Shown here in pieces: positions 1 to 13,451 of a stretch of 64,000 nucleotides of DNA (its first letter is position 1; each line of letters opens with the position of its first letter). The stretch comes from Eutreptiella sp. 'Long Island Sound 2002' (taxonomy: Eukaryota > Protista > Euglenida), in assembly GCA_964036045.1 (NCBI GenBank), contig OZ038378.1, positions 181,040,001-181,104,000 on the forward strand, written 5' to 3'. The notes beneath the pieces are model-generated. The model saw only the letters and a list, made by a program, of their open reading frames with translations. It did no database searches and had not been told where the DNA came from. The position numbers and the translations under genes are program-made.

Positions 1-123
1 GTGGTCCTCCAGACGCTCCTTGCTGCACTCATGAAGACTCCTCCAGCGACGAATGCTGAAGCTGATGACGTGCACCTCGCTGCGGTCCCCAGTTGGGCTG
101 TGGGTGACGCTGCTCAAGAGGAG
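1..123 (+). CDS. Gene 1 (hypothetical protein, 5'-partial), first visible exon
   Basis: Open frame 1 (VVLQTLLAALMK...AAQEE) ends at GAG|GTTTGT, a phase-0 donor compatible with the phase-0 acceptor at 2243. Confidence 0.55.
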
Positions 124-435
124 GTTTGTATGCGTCAAAATACATTCCGTTCGCGCGAGAATGCGGGAGATACTGCGCGTTGTGTTTCTATTCTGTGGAA
201 CAAAACGTTCCTCACAGCCACATGTCTTTTTTGGGGTGGCTCTAATCGTCAGGAATCTTTAATTCAACGCCGAACCCGAACCTTCAGAAAATTCTGTACC
301 TTTCAGGAATTTCGGCACCTTCAAGAATTTTTCATTCAACATCTCAGTGGAGCTGGATCCTCGACGAAGGACGTCCAGCAGGGAATCCTTTCCCTTGGAT
401 CTTGGGGAACATCTGTAGATCTGTAGAAGCATTAT

Positions 436-1653
436 CAGTCCTGTGGGTGTAACCGTACGCCAGGTGTAGACCTAACTGTACGTAGCTGTACAGGGTAACG
501 GGCCCTAAGTGTACACAACTATACACCTTCCATTTGTCCAGCCGTACGCAAACGTACACAGATTCTTTCTGGCCGGAAGCCCCTTAGGTGCCGTTTGCGT
601 CTGATGATGGTGTTTAACTGTACAACACCGGAGGGATGGGGGTGATACAAGTTCATCCACTTGGCCAACCCAGGGCGGTCTTTAAGGACTCTCACTCTCT
701 GTCTCTCTCTTTTTATTTTATTAAGGAACGCCCTTAAGGACTGCCCTTGGGGGCATTTTTCCACAGGCTGCAACCGCTGTCGGTTACCCTCCACTGCCAT
801 TGGTATCCCCGGCTTTTTCATAGCATACGCGTAACGGAACAGTTTTCTTTTTTTTTTTGTTAAGGACCGCCCTGGGCCAACCAAAGCTGCTGTACAGGAA
901 AGACCACCGGGTCAGTTGTTGCAAAATAGTGCCCTTAAACACAAATGCCACCAGCACGAATTTTACCACTCTACTTGCGTTAGGGACCCTTTTTTGCGCG
1001 GGGGGGGGGGGGGGGGGGGGGGGGGGGCTGGGTACCCTTTTTTGCGCTGGGGGGGGGGGGCAAAACTTCTTTGCGTATTGTGGCCACCGTGTGTGTTTTT
1101 GAACCTGGGTCCTGAGAACTTTTTTGTTGTATATGGACCCTATCCTATGTAAAGGATGTTTTAGACCCAATTCATGTGCTTTTCACCCTATTTGGGTGTT
1201 TGGACGGGGGCAAGGGGCTGGGACACAACCTGCTCATGCGATTTTCCACTCTCGGCAGCTCAAAAATAGAAATTTTCGAAACCGATTTTTTTGATATTCT
1301 GACCATTCATAATGATCAAATATCCTACGTAAAGCATGTTTTAGACCCTCTATATGTGTTTTTCACCCTATTTGGGTGTTGGAAGGGGGATGGGGGGCTT
1401 CTGAATGACTTCGTGACGAGCTAACTGATTGACTGACTGTGCTCCCTCCCTCTTCGAGGTGTCTTGCCAATAGGCAATATAGTTTCTCAGCATTGAGACG
1501 TTTCCTCTCTGCACATGTTGTCCCACCCCATTGTAAGTGTACATGAGCCTACATGGCTTTCATGGCTAAGCGTGCGCAACCGTACGTAGCTGGTGTGAGT
1601 ACGGTTATACACGTTATACAGGTTATACACGTACGGTTATAGCCACAGGACTG
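436..1653. mobile_element. Non-autonomous hAT-type DNA element with nested repeats
   Basis: 24-bp TIRs CAGTCCTGTGG(G/C)T(G/A)TAACCGTACG (22/24 identical); perfect 8-bp TSD AGCATTAT at 428-435 and 1654-1661. It lies in gene 1 intron 1. Confidence 0.85.
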
Positions 1654-2242
1654 AGCATTATTCTTCAGCCTGTGCTGGCCTTATGCCCACTGTGACCAAC
1701 TGATGGCTCATGGGAGCCTCAAGGGAACAACAAGTGCAGATCTTGTTTCCGATCATCAAATACACTACCACTGGGATCGGCAACAATGTAGCTATCCTAG
1801 TGGCCCAGGGATCGGATCCCACTATGGAAACTCTTGGATTGTACCCTTGAAGCACTTACCAATACTCACAAGTACATCTTGGTTTCATGGTTGATAAAAT
1901 AGTAACTGCACAGGTAGTTTCCCTGGCAGATAGTTGTTTTTTTTGGAAGGAACAGCAGAAAAGAGCAGTGCATGCCGCTCGGGTTTAGCATTGCTACTTG
2001 CTACTTGCTTCGTGGAGTGCGAGATTGGGTGGCATGGAGTGCGGGGTTACACAGGACGAGGGCCCGGCCGGGGCACTTGGCTGCTGCACCGTGCGGCATT
2101 GTTTGAGGAAGCGTAACGGGGCAGTGCAATCTTTTTCGGCCCTAAGGCCAGCTCTGATAGGGTGCCTGCCACATTGGGTTGCCCAGAGGCAGTGCATAGC
2201 CGCGCCCCCCTGCGCCCACAGAACCCTGGTCTCAATGTTCAG

Positions 2243-2497
2243 GATGACAAATCGAAGGGCGGCAAAGGGAAGCCAAAGTCTCCTGCCCCCACAGACAAGC
2301 GCATGCCCGCCTCCAAGAACCCGAGCAGGCCTATGACCGAGGAGGATCCAACAGAGTCCCGCAAGGTGTCGGAAAATCCTGAGGAGGAGTTGAAACGGCT
2401 ACGGCAGGCGACCAAGGCCGCCATGTGGCAGGCTCGGAAGCATCCGGTGCGGGGCAGCATCAAGTGTACCATGAGTGATACTGTCAGCGGATTTGAG
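2243..2497 (+). CDS. Gene 1 exon (DDKSKGGKGK...SGFE)
   Basis: TTCAG| acceptor and GAG|GTACTG donor, both phase 0; charged, codon-biased frame. Confidence 0.75.
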
Positions 2498-4091
2498 GTA
2501 CTGTGATGAGTTGGATGTACTATGCCCTTTTTACCATCGGGTCATCTGAGGGAGTACTATACGCGGTGCCCGCGCAGTGCACACGCGGTGCGCGTATTGG
2601 GGTGATTTCGTATATCTACCCATCTATTCGAAAGTGAAGTGCATGTGTTTCCAAGCTGTAAAAGGTATCACCATTGCACATACTGCACTGTGTCCCCTTA
2701 CAGTTTCACCCATGTCTCTTTCATGGCTTGCTGCGGGCATCACTGTCACCTACATCCGATCAAATGGCGATAGGGTGCCTGCCACCATCATCTCCGACTC
2801 CGGGTGTGGGCAGTAGGTGGGCATCAAGTATCCAAGGAACAAAGGAATGACCTTATCCCCATAGTTTGTTGCAACACGTTAAGCGGTGCGCGGGCGCGGT
2901 GCGCGTGCGGTGCAAGTAACCCCCCTCCGACCTCCCCCAGTGCAGGCTATCGCTTAGTGGCGCGTCGGGTGGTTGGGTCGGCAGGGAGGTTGAGGTGGAT
3001 TGACCCACAAAATTTGGCTTGCTTTAGCCAACAGCCGACCACCCCCCCCCAGGTTGGGGGTCCGCTGTTTTTTGAGTCTTGGGTCTCGGGGGCATCGGCA
3101 CAAATGCCTCAAAGATAATACAGAATTTGGGGGTGGTAGAAGGGGTCAAGTAGTTGAAATCTGAACCATGTGTCACATTCCACTTGTGAAACTCAGATAA
3201 TGGGGTTAGCTGAGTCATTCTGCACATTAGGCAACGGTTGCAGGCTTCCCAGTTCAGTCCCTGGTAAGACCTCTTTTTAGTCTTCATGGCTCTGCTGGTT
3301 TCCCCTTTTGTGCTCTTGGGGTGCGGATTGGTAGGGCAAAACATGGACCCCGGGAGGGGGGGATCCTTGGTCCGTTGACGTGGAACCCCGACCCTCCATC
3401 CCTCCATCCCTCTGTCCCTCAGTCCGTCCGTCCCTTCCCACGTCCCTCCCTCTGTCTCTACATCCCTTCCTACACCCTCCCTTCCTCCATCAAGAGCCAA
3501 ACAAATCAGTAAAGGAGTTGCATTCCCGCCTTTGTGCCTGCTCGTGCTGCTCGCGAGGCACACAGAGGGATGACGGGTGACCGTGGTGGCATGCGCAGTT
3601 GGGGCTAATTGCAGTGAAGCAAACCTGACCCATTGTGGCCCCTCACCACTCCAACGGCACAGGAGCACACTCCACTGGCGACATGGCAGCCAAAATGCCC
3701 GGATTTGCACAACACCACTGATGTGTAACACTTGGCGACATGGAACCCTCTGTCCAATTCCGCGTATCACTGCTGCAGAGCACCCTTCGCAGTCTGAACG
3801 TCAAGCCTGTCAGCGTCAGCAGGGGAGTGCATGCCACAAGGCAACGCCACAGAATGCTGCCAGGCTGGAAACGAGAGCACTGCGACAGTCATTCCACTCC
3901 CACCCAAAAGACTATCACCCCCCCCACCCGCCCAACCTTGACAAATAGGTCATACAAACGACATGGCGTTGGATACCGGTGGTGCCACATGGGAGCAACC
4001 TGCAACTCTGGCACAATGCCCCCCGCTCTCTGCAAACGGTCACTGCTGTCGTAGTCCCATTTGCGAAGGTGACACATGCATCATCTTACAG

Positions 4092-4304
4092 GTCCTTGAC
4101 GGGGTCCATCGTATCATTGTGCTAGAGGCCATCGCAGAGGGTGGTCTCAAGCGGGTGCTGGACGTGCTGATGCCCATCATCGAGGATGGCGATGGCGTGA
4201 AGGTCCTGTTGAACGCCAGCATTCCCTTTGCCAAGCGTGAGTACATTGACTGGCCCCCTCTGGTCGCGGCCCCTCCGCCGGTGGAGGAGGAGCCTGTGGA
4301 GAAG
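4092..4304 (+). CDS. Gene 1 exon (VLDGVHRIIVLE...EPVEK)
   Basis: TTACAG| acceptor and AAG|GTTCCA donor, phase 0 at both ends. Confidence 0.8.
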
Positions 4305-4903
4305 GTTCCATGCCCCTCATCTTATCATCCCTATGCTCCCCATTTCATTTCACTCTGCTTCTTCCCCCCACTCCCCCCCAAAAAACCTCCGAGGAAAAGG
4401 GGTCACACCAAAGACATGGCACTGGGTACGCTAATCCTGCAGCGCTTGTAGCGCGCCCTGCGGTGCGCCCTGCGGCGTGCAATTTGTGGAACTATCATGG
4501 AACAGGGGAAATTGTGCCCTTCGTGAACCTTCCTCTCAGTATCATCCCCATTTGCCCTCCGCCACATTTGTCCCCCCATTCATGCCACCTCTGCAGCCAC
4601 CCAGCTCGGGAGGGCCGGCAAGTACGTCCAGGTTGCAGTGTCAACCGACGGCGATCAAGCAACGGTAGTCCATGGTCAATCGACGGTGGCTGGCCGGCAA
4701 CCGAAAGCGGTTGCGCGCTCTGTTGAGGTCTGGCACACCGGAGTGCTTGGCAGGAAGGGCTGCCCAGCACCCAGCAGCAGATGATACAGAGTGGCCCATG
4801 GTGCGGGGCAGATTTCCGATAAGACTTACTTCCAATGAGTGGCACGTTTGCTCCAGTTGTGCTGCACCACGGTTTTGGGAGTATCAGAGGGTCAAGTGGC
4901 CAG

Positions 4904-4975
4904 CTTCTGATGCACCTGCGGTCAGCGTGCTTGCCGGGTGTCCAGGAACCCCAGGTTCGATTCCCGGGGAGGAGG
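4904..4975 (+). repeat. tRNA-derived (SINE-like) remnant
   Basis: B-box/T-loop GGTTCGATTCC within an imperfect T stem; degenerate A-box and acceptor stem, so not a functional tRNA. Confidence 0.3.
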
Positions 4976-5005
4976 CACGCCAATTGTCCCAATTTCTGTC
5001 TGCAG

Positions 5006-5313
5006 GTGGAAGAGGAGCTGCCTACCACACGAGGGGCCAAGGGTGGGGGCAAGAAGGGCAAGGGCGCCGACAAGGCCGGGAAGGATGCCAAGGACTCGGG
5101 GAAGACACCGATGAAAGGGGATAAGAAACGGCCGTCGGATAGTGCCCCGGGGACGGAGGAGGCGGCCCCGCCGAAGAAGCAAGAGGAAGAGGGGTCGGCA
5201 GTGGACGGGGTCGGCGGCCGCATTCGGCGGATTCGGCTGCGGTTGCCCCTCGAAACCATTAAGAGCGCGCAGACCAACTACCTCAAGCGGCGGGTGCCCA
5301 CCAGAGTGCTCAG
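5006..5313 (+). CDS. Gene 1 exon (VEEELPTTRG...PTRVL)
   Basis: TTTCTGTCTGCAG| acceptor and CAG|GTGTCA phase-2 donor, matching the phase-2 acceptor at 13943. Confidence 0.8.
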
Positions 5314-5444
5314 GTGTCATTGCTTGTATCGATGGTGCTGTTTTGTATTTGGTTGTACTTGTCTTGTATGGCGCCGTGCATTGTATTTGCATTGTGCTTG
5401 GGTTGTACTTGGATGGTCTTTGTACAGTACTATGTCGTACTTGG

Positions 5445-5945
5445 TGTCGTATTGTACTGTACTGTACTGTACTGGATTGCATTGCATTGCATTGCATTGC
5501 ATTGCATTGCATTGCATTGCAATTGTATTGCATTGCATTGCATTGCATTGCAATTGTATTGCATTGCATTGCAATTGTATTGCATTGCATTGCATTGTAT
5601 TGTATTGTATTGTATTGTATTGTATTGTATTGTATTGTATTGTATTGTATTGTATTGTATTGTATTGTATTGTATTGTATTGTATTGTATTGTATTGTAT
5701 TGTATTGTATTGTATTGTATTGTATTGTATTGTATTGTATTGTATTGTATTGTATTGTATTGTATTGTATTGTATTGTATTGTATTGTATTGTACTATGT
5801 TGTATTATGTTGTATTGTATTGTATTGTATTGTGTTGTATTGTATTGTATTGTATTGTATTGTATTGTATTGTATTGTATTGTACTGTACTATGTTGTAT
5901 TATGTTGTATTGTAGTATGTTGTATTGTATTATGTTGCATTGTAT
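5445..5945 (+). repeat. Compound pentamer microsatellite (CTGTA)/(CATTG)n/(ATTGT)n
   Basis: Directly visible 5-bp periodicity that degenerates toward the right end. Confidence 0.95.
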
Positions 5946-6094
5946 TGTGCGATTTTTGTTTGTATTTCATTGCAGTTGTATTGTATTGTGTCAGGTGTGC
6001 TATTGAATTGAGTTGCTGATGTGGCTCATGCGGTGACCTACAGCCGCCCCAACAGCTGGTATCTGGTTACCCCGAAATGATAGAATCACCGAGC

Positions 6095-9000
6095 AGGACA
6101 TGGGAATGCTCATGACCCCCCCTCATGCAGAGGTTCACGGCGGTCTTGGCTCGCAAGGGGATGGCCGTAGACTGGCAGTTCGGGGCCATGCCGGGCTCTA
6201 CGGCAGCGCCCCGGTATTCCTGGCACAGCGCAGGCTTTAGCGAGGTCAAGAAGAGAACCACGTCTTGACCCTTGATGTCTCCAAGGCTTTCGACACCACC
6301 CCGCATGGGGCTCTGGCCCTCCTCCCGCGCCACATGGGGGTCCCAAAGGAGCTCATTAAGCTCTTCCACACCCTCAGTTGTGCCTCCACAGTGCGCATTG
6401 CCACTGTGCACGGCCCCACCCCGAACATCCGCCTCCATCGAGGCTTGCGGCAGGGCAGCACGGAAAGTGCGGTGCTATATCTCCTCCTCCTGGAGCCCCC
6501 CGTGCAAAGCCTTGCCACCAAGGCCTAGGGAGATACCCGCCACGCGGTGCCGCCCCTGGTACAGGCCTATTGCGACACCTACTGCTAATAGCACACACGC
6601 TACCGCAGTTTCTGGAGTACGCAGACGCAAATTGGGCGTTACTTGGCGGACATGGGCATGTCCCTCTATGTTCGCAAATGTGCGTACGCCACCACGGCCC
6701 GCCTCTCCTCAATCATGGTGCACCTAGACCCGGACGATGCGGTTGCTCCGTGGGTCTGTCTGGTGGCCAAGAGTGACGTACCGTACCTGGGCCTCAGGCT
6801 TGACCCTACGGGGATGGCATCCATGAAGGAGAAACACGTGCTCCGCTGTGAAGTTGGTGCCCCATGAGGTGATGGCAGCGGTCGTTGGTGGCATGGTACG
6901 GTACGCGGCGCCGCACTTGTCGGACACTGTAGCAGAGATCGTGCGGTTGAATGCTGCCATCAAAATTGCGGCCTTGCAGTTTGAAAACCTGCCCAAAGAC
7001 CTGTCCAATATAGTGGTCCAGTATGGCAAAGGGCTCAAGTTGGCGGATATCCGAGTCCTGTGCCGCGATTCCGTGGTAGCGACAATAGCCCAACTCACGC
7101 ATCATCGCTCGGCGGTGGTCAAGGGTGAGCTGCAGGCCCTGCTGGACAACTTGCATGCGCAACATGGGGTGCGCGGCCAGTTTTTGGTTCCGTCGACGGC
7201 GTTTGCATCACACACAGGAGACACGTGGATTGACTGTGTACTCAGGGCAATGGGGACATTGGGCGTCGGTCTCCTCATGCTGTCCTCGGTGTACTCATGC
7301 GCACACGCCCATTTGCCACAAGTGCAGTGGGCCGGACTGCGGTGGGCAACCCGATCCTACACTTTCAACGGTCGGGACGTCTGTGTGCTTTCCGGGCCAC
7401 GCACGGAAGAGGCGGTACGATCCCTGACGGACCCGGCGAACGACCTCTTGCATGCGAGTCTTCCATGCCATGTGCCTGGGCACTGGGCCGCGCGGCTTCG
7501 GGACTGCGACGAAGACCATCTGCACCTCCCAGCTACAGGGGTCGGGCCCACCATGCTAGGCCACGTGTGGTTAACGGGCCTCCAAGCGTTATTCCAATCC
7601 CGGTTGCCCAGTCTGCCGACCCATCGTCTTCTTCACCCGGTGCGGCACAAGAAGGCCACCAAGCGCACGAGGCAGTCCGCCACGGGCGATGCGTATGTGT
7701 TAGGCGGCTACAGGGACAACAACGGGAACCCGGAATGCCCAAGGTTGTCCATGCCGTTCGCCCCTCCGGCCTCACTGATGGTCTTGCCGGGGGATGTCCT
7801 TGACGGGCATCGACGGCAAGAAGATCCGGCGTTGGTCCCCCTTCTTACTCCACATGCAGGGGGTGGCATCGAGCTTCCGCCCCTGTGGGTGGTACACGGG
7901 GTATCGGCGTTCGACAGGGCATGTGCAGCGGTATGGGGACGTGCGGAATGGGCCATCGTCTTGCTGGTGCCAGCGGCCGGCCCCTGTTGCGGATGACATC
8001 CTGGTCCCGGAAGTAGTCAGGTTGGTCAATGTGCCGCATGACCCGCATGTCGCCGTCACATCGCTGCAAGAAGGTGGAGCGGTGGAGCAGGGAACGGTGG
8101 TGGTATACCAGCCGCACGGATCGATGGCGGTGTGGGGAGCGGAGTTCGCTACAGCACTGGAGGCCATCTGGTCCACATGCGGGTGCGAAATACATTGGCG
8201 GCCGCACGGGGTGCATCGACCGAATGACATACTTTCCCCAGAGCTGACGGCGTCCAATGCGGCGTTGCTGGGGAGGGTAGTGGTCAATTCACATTCGGAC
8301 GTGGCGTGGCTAGAGCCCCACAGGTACTGCTGGGTGCCTATGGCGGCGAGGGTTACCTCGTCTGATGCCTCTCCCCAGGAGGAAGGGGCCAGTAACGTGG
8401 CGGTGGCGGGCCATGGTAGCCCCACATGGACGGGTGCCATCCATGGCACGGTCCTTGAGGCGGAGATTATTGGGGCAGCAACTTTCCTACTGCACACGTC
8501 TCCCTCCGGCCTAGCGGTGCATGTGGTTGACGTGTCTATCATTGGGGCGCATTTGCGTAGAGCCCCGGAAGCACTATACCGAGGCATCAAGGGACCGACT
8601 TCCCACTTCATCAACCAACACGCCCTGAATTGGGTAGTGGAAGGGTTGCGTCGGCTGCCATGCAGGGTTTTAGGGCCCCATCACTGGGTGGTACGGCAGA
8701 GCTCGCACTTGGCGGCCGTCTCGCTTGAGGAGCCGGATTTTGCTGCGGCTCACGCGAAGGCCCTGCCTGTACACCTCATGCTGCCCAAGGAGCACGCGAC
8801 CCTCTTGGTACCTGATGAGAATGGGTTGCTAGAGCCTCACGTACCTTCCATGCGTGCCCTCTAGCTGGTCAGAGAGGCGGCGTGGGACTCGCTGGCAGCA
8901 CACACTGGGGCCCACACGCCGTTGGCTGGTGCCTGCGAGGTTGTACCCCTGGGAATGGGGCATCATGGCCGTGCACATAGGGACATGCTGCGTGCGAGAG

Positions 9001-12000
9001 ACGGCCGTCTCCCCACCATGCAAGTCATGCGACGATGGCGGCAGAAAGTCACCCGTAGGTTGATTCCCGCACTTCCCTGCATCTTCTGTGGGGGCCCGAG
9101 GAAGACACGGGCCAGATGCGCATCAGGTGCGAATGGGATGAGGCGGTTGCGCGGTTGCTGTGTGCGAAGGTTGAGGAGTTCATGACGGATCTGCCAGTCA
9201 CCGACAGGGCCATGGGGTTCATGTCCTGGAAGGAACACGGGTGCAAGTGGACGGAGTCCCTAATGGTATGGGTGGTCCCAGGTGACCTCTGGCGGCTCTT
9301 CGCGATGGTGCGAGCTGCCTCGTCCCGGGGCCCGGCGAAGGCCAAGCCGTTCCTAGAGGACATGATCCTGCTGGGCGAAGATGGTTACGCCTGGAGAAAT
9401 CATCGACTCGCAAGGATCATGCAGCTGCCGCCAGGGGATCGGAGGAAGGAGACGTACTCATTCCTTCGAGGTGACACGCCATTCTGCCCGCTAGCTGGCA
9501 GGGTCCGGCATTTACCCCTGTGGAACCCCTTCGACGGGCTGCCGGGCGACCTTCATGCGGCCTTTCAGCGGGCACCGCTGCATGCGCTTTTGGTATCCCG
9601 GTCGTACATTGCGTACAATGAGGCTATGTCCACGTTTCCCCAGTGGATGGCGGCTGCGGCACAGGCCTTGAGTGCGTGGCTCCAGTCTTGGGTGACCGAG
9701 GACTTCGCCGCGTTCCGTGCACGGTCCACGGAGGTGTCCGCGCAGTCGTGGGCCTCCATCCGCGGCACCATGGTACGCGACTCGGATGGCCACAATGAGC
9801 CATGGCTCAAGGTGTTTGTAGGCTTTCTTGCAGTCGGGAGTGTCATGGGCTGGCCCGGAGATGTGCTGCCGGTCTTCCAACAGCCGTTGTGCTCCCTTCC
9901 GGTCCTGGCGGTGGCCACAATGTTGGACATGGGGGAATTGTGGCTGTATGATCGGCGGCTGCGGAGGGTCATCCCAGTGGCCGAGGGGCACAGGTGCATG
10001 GCGGTCCTAATAGAACCTAAGCAGCTTGTGCTGGTATAGGGAGACGACGTACCTGGTCGCGTCGCGGCAGTGCTGCTGTCACTGCCAGACGGGGATGACA
10101 ATGCGTTAGCGGAAACGTGTCTCACATCGGATCCTCTGCATCTGGAGCCGGTGGTGGAGGCCCAGTCACGTGGGCAATGGTTGGTGATCGCGTCGGCTAA
10201 GCGCCCCGCTCAAGCAGGCGTAGATGTTATCGTGGTTATGGTGCAAGACTACGGGTGGCGGCTGTTAGCGGGGGTAAATCGCATCTCCGGGTAGTGTGGT
10301 GGCCCAGACTACTTGAGTGCCTCTTGGGTGGGTCCGGCGGGCAGCCAATTCTTGCCCCGGCGGCAACGTGGGACCAGGCACCGCAGAGCCCGCTCCATAG
10401 TGCCACCGCACGTGCCTTGGTGAGTGCGCTACACCACTGCCACGAGGCCTGTAATGATGTTTGGCGGGTGGTGTGGTCTCAACGTTGTAAAGGTGCTGTG
10501 TCCCCTCCCGGTCGATACTTCCACTTGTTTGCAGCAGGTGTGGTGTTGCGGCACCAGGTACATTGGGTACATTAGTGGGCCTCTGTCCCACTGTGTGAGC
10601 CCTGTCGTGAGAGAGCTGGCAGGGGCTGGCCCAAAGCCAAATGGGCGTTGCGGCATTTGGGACAAATGTCCTCGAGCGCGTGGAAGGTGATCAGGCGTGA
10701 CCTGCAGGAAGTGCAGGTGGATGGGGTGCGCTGCCCTGATGATCCAACTGCTGTGCTCCCCCTGCTACTATGGTGGGCGGCACTGGACGGTGACTCCTGG
10801 GTCCTGTGGCTCTGGCATCACAAAGGGGACCCGGCGACATCATGAGGGGAGGACGGAGTGCATGTGCAAAGCGGTATGGCCAGAGTGAAGCGCATACTGG
10901 GCACTGTTCGAAGCGTTGTTGAAGCAACATAGATGGTGTTATGGACGTGGCCTCGTCCGGGCATATGCATGCGGCAACGGCGGGTGCGATGTGACGGCCA
11001 TCGCAACGTGGCAGGTCGTGCCGGCCGGATAGTGCGCATTACCGCCCCCGCATGCACAGCTGGGTCGAAATACAGCTGCGCCCGCCTGCCCCGGGTTGTT
11101 GCCTACAATAGTGGGGTGTCATGGGTCGTCCTGACCAGGGTAATAAGGCCCAAACCCCTGTAGGGTATTCCCATGGCACCGGGGTCTATTGGTCTTGAGG
11201 TCAGGGGACACCCTATACCCCCACAAGGTTTCTCTTGGGGCCCGTGGGCAGCCCCATTACCTCCTTGAGTTGTTCCTGGGGTCAAGGGGCACCGCCATAG
11301 CATAGCTGTACCCCAGACCCCACGTATGTACGCCCCTCCAAGCCCATAAATCTTGCATCGAGTTCACCGACCAACCTTCGCCACCCGTCACCCACCATCG
11401 GCATGTACCACCCCAAGTATCGGGGCCGCCCACGGGCCCCAGGAGAAAATCTGTGGGGGTATAGGGATGTACTGTGTCGGTGGCGGGTACAGTGTCAAAG
11501 GTGCACAGGTGGGGGTCGTACGCTGCAACAAGTAGCCAAGCGGGACGCAATGGCGGTGTGTGCGGGCGATGGGGCAAGGCGAAGGCGGTGGCAGTAGGCA
11601 CGGAGTGCCACAGGCTTGGCAGTGTAGGCGATGATGAGGTGCTGTACATGCCGGTTATGGCCGTCCGGCGCAAGTGGCAAGGCGGTCGTGTGGCGAAGCA
11701 TGGTGGGCAGGGCGGCACGACAAGCGCGGCCTGTGGTGGCCCATTGTACACAATATCTGTATGAGAGGTCCAGGGGGTGAGGCAAAGGCCAATGCTATAA
11801 GTAGGCATACCACGTCGTCAGTGGCTGCCGAACGTGCGGCCTGACCACCGCTGCGGCGGAGATGGCACAACCACGGAAGCTGGCCAATCCGTGCAGGTAA
11901 GGGTCAAGGGTAGGCGTCAGGGCATTGTATGTGGGCCAGACGAGGTGAACCTGGTTACCACGGCCCAGGGCGAACCTCTGGTGGGTACCCCTTCAGGGGG

Positions 12001-12850
12001 TTGATAACCAAGCTACGGCACCCGCCAGCCCGAATCCCAACCAGCGATATTCACGAGTTGTGCCTCTCATGCCGCGGGGTGGCCGGCATCCCCCCTGTTG
12101 ACCCTCATGTTTTAGTATATGAGAGTATGTACAGTGGCAGCAGGCCCTCAGACCACAGCCCATGGGGGTAGGGCGCTATCGCCTATATATGGGGTCCAGT
12201 GTGGGGCTTCAAGTGGTGCGGCTACTGTCCTTAAGCGGCAGTGTAAAGTTATGTTGTGCATATATGGGCTATTGTATCTTGAGCAGGGGATCCGGGGGTG
12301 GTGCCAGAGACGATGGGGGCAATGAAGGCTGAGGGCCAGGCTAGGCCGGAGCTCCCCAGAAACCCTGGCTACAAGTCCGTGGGCTATTGCATGCAAGCGC
12401 CCTTGCTTGCTGCTTGTTGCTGTGCTGCTGCATTGCCATGCCTTGCTCCCTTACCCCCGGTGATCCAACGGGCTAGTGCTCGTCGCCGTTGCTAATGCTA
12501 ATGCTTTGCGGTTGCCACTGCCCCCAAAGCCTGGTTGGCCGGTATCCCCGGTCCTCTGGGTCCTCCGTCATGCTGTGAGCCACCTCAGGCAGCCCTGAGA
12601 CCCCTGGGATCGAGCAAGGCAGGAACCACCTGTCGGTGCGAGATGCCCGGTAACTCCAGTGGACGGCATGATAAGTGGTTATGACTATGACCATTGTATT
12701 GTATTGTATTGTATTGTATTGTATTGTATTGTATTGTATTGTATTGTATTGTATTGTATTGTATTGTATTGTATTGTATTGTATTGTATTGTATTGTATT
12801 GTATTGTATTGTATTGTATTGTATTGTATTGTATTGTATTGTATTGTATT
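6095..12850 (+). mobile_element. 5'-truncated, degenerate non-LTR retrotransposon (LINE): RT, RNase H, CxxC finger, long C-terminal region, (ATTGT)n tail
   Basis: Frameshifted RT motifs QFGAMPGST, LDVSKAFD, GLRQGS, QAYCD(D)LLL and VPYLGL at about 6150-6850. RNase H-like HSDVAW...EAEIIG...VVDVS...HWVVRQSSH...EPDFAA at about 8290-8750. PCIFCGG at about 9075. Ends in a pure (ATTGT)n array. It lies in gene 1 intron 4. Confidence 0.8.
12693..12850 (+). repeat. (ATTGT)n microsatellite, the probable 3' tail of the LINE
   Basis: Uninterrupted pentamer array of about 31 units directly after the LINE 3' region. Confidence 0.95.
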
Positions 12851-13451
12851 ACCGAGCTGGGTTTACCCTGTCGAGGTTTTACACCACCTTTTGAGGTCCA
12901 AGGGTGAGCAACACGTTTTAGCAGCAACAGCAGCAAGCAGCAGCAGCAGCAGCAAGCAAGCAAGCAGGCGGTTAAAAAGTCCTTGCGACCACACCGTGGC
13001 TCAAAACCGGCATCCAAGTAGCTCAAAACGACCGGGGAGCAAAGGCGCATCACCACAATCAAGTTTCGTTGCATTTTGAGCCGTCTAGCCCGTTCTACGG
13101 CCGATTTAGTGTCCAAAAATGGCCGTTTTTGGGCTGTTTTCAGGACGATCGTCCTGAAAGTTCAGGACGATCGCCGGTGTGCCAAGTAGGTCTTTCCAAT
13201 GAGGGCCATTGTTCTTTCATAGTGATTGGGCTATCAAATGATTGCAAATCGGTGTTCAATAAGGCGTGTACCATGCCGTGGTGCCACGCGGCGGTCCATT
13301 TTGACGTGAAAATGAGCCGTTTTTGAGCCGTTTTTCAGGACGATCGTACTGACCGTGGAGGCACATCTCCAAAGCAGGCAGTGTTTCCTCCACGGTGATT
13401 TCCAATGCGTTCAGCAAGACTAGGACCCAGCTCGGTCCTAGTTCGAGTCTT

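Noticed and set aside
4904-4975. Functional tRNA gene
   Set aside because: The acceptor, D and anticodon stems do not pair properly; kept only as a SINE-like remnant.
5142-6019. Long CIVLY/IALHC-repeat ORFs (also at 12659-13116)
   Set aside because: Translations of pentamer microsatellites that lack stops by chance.
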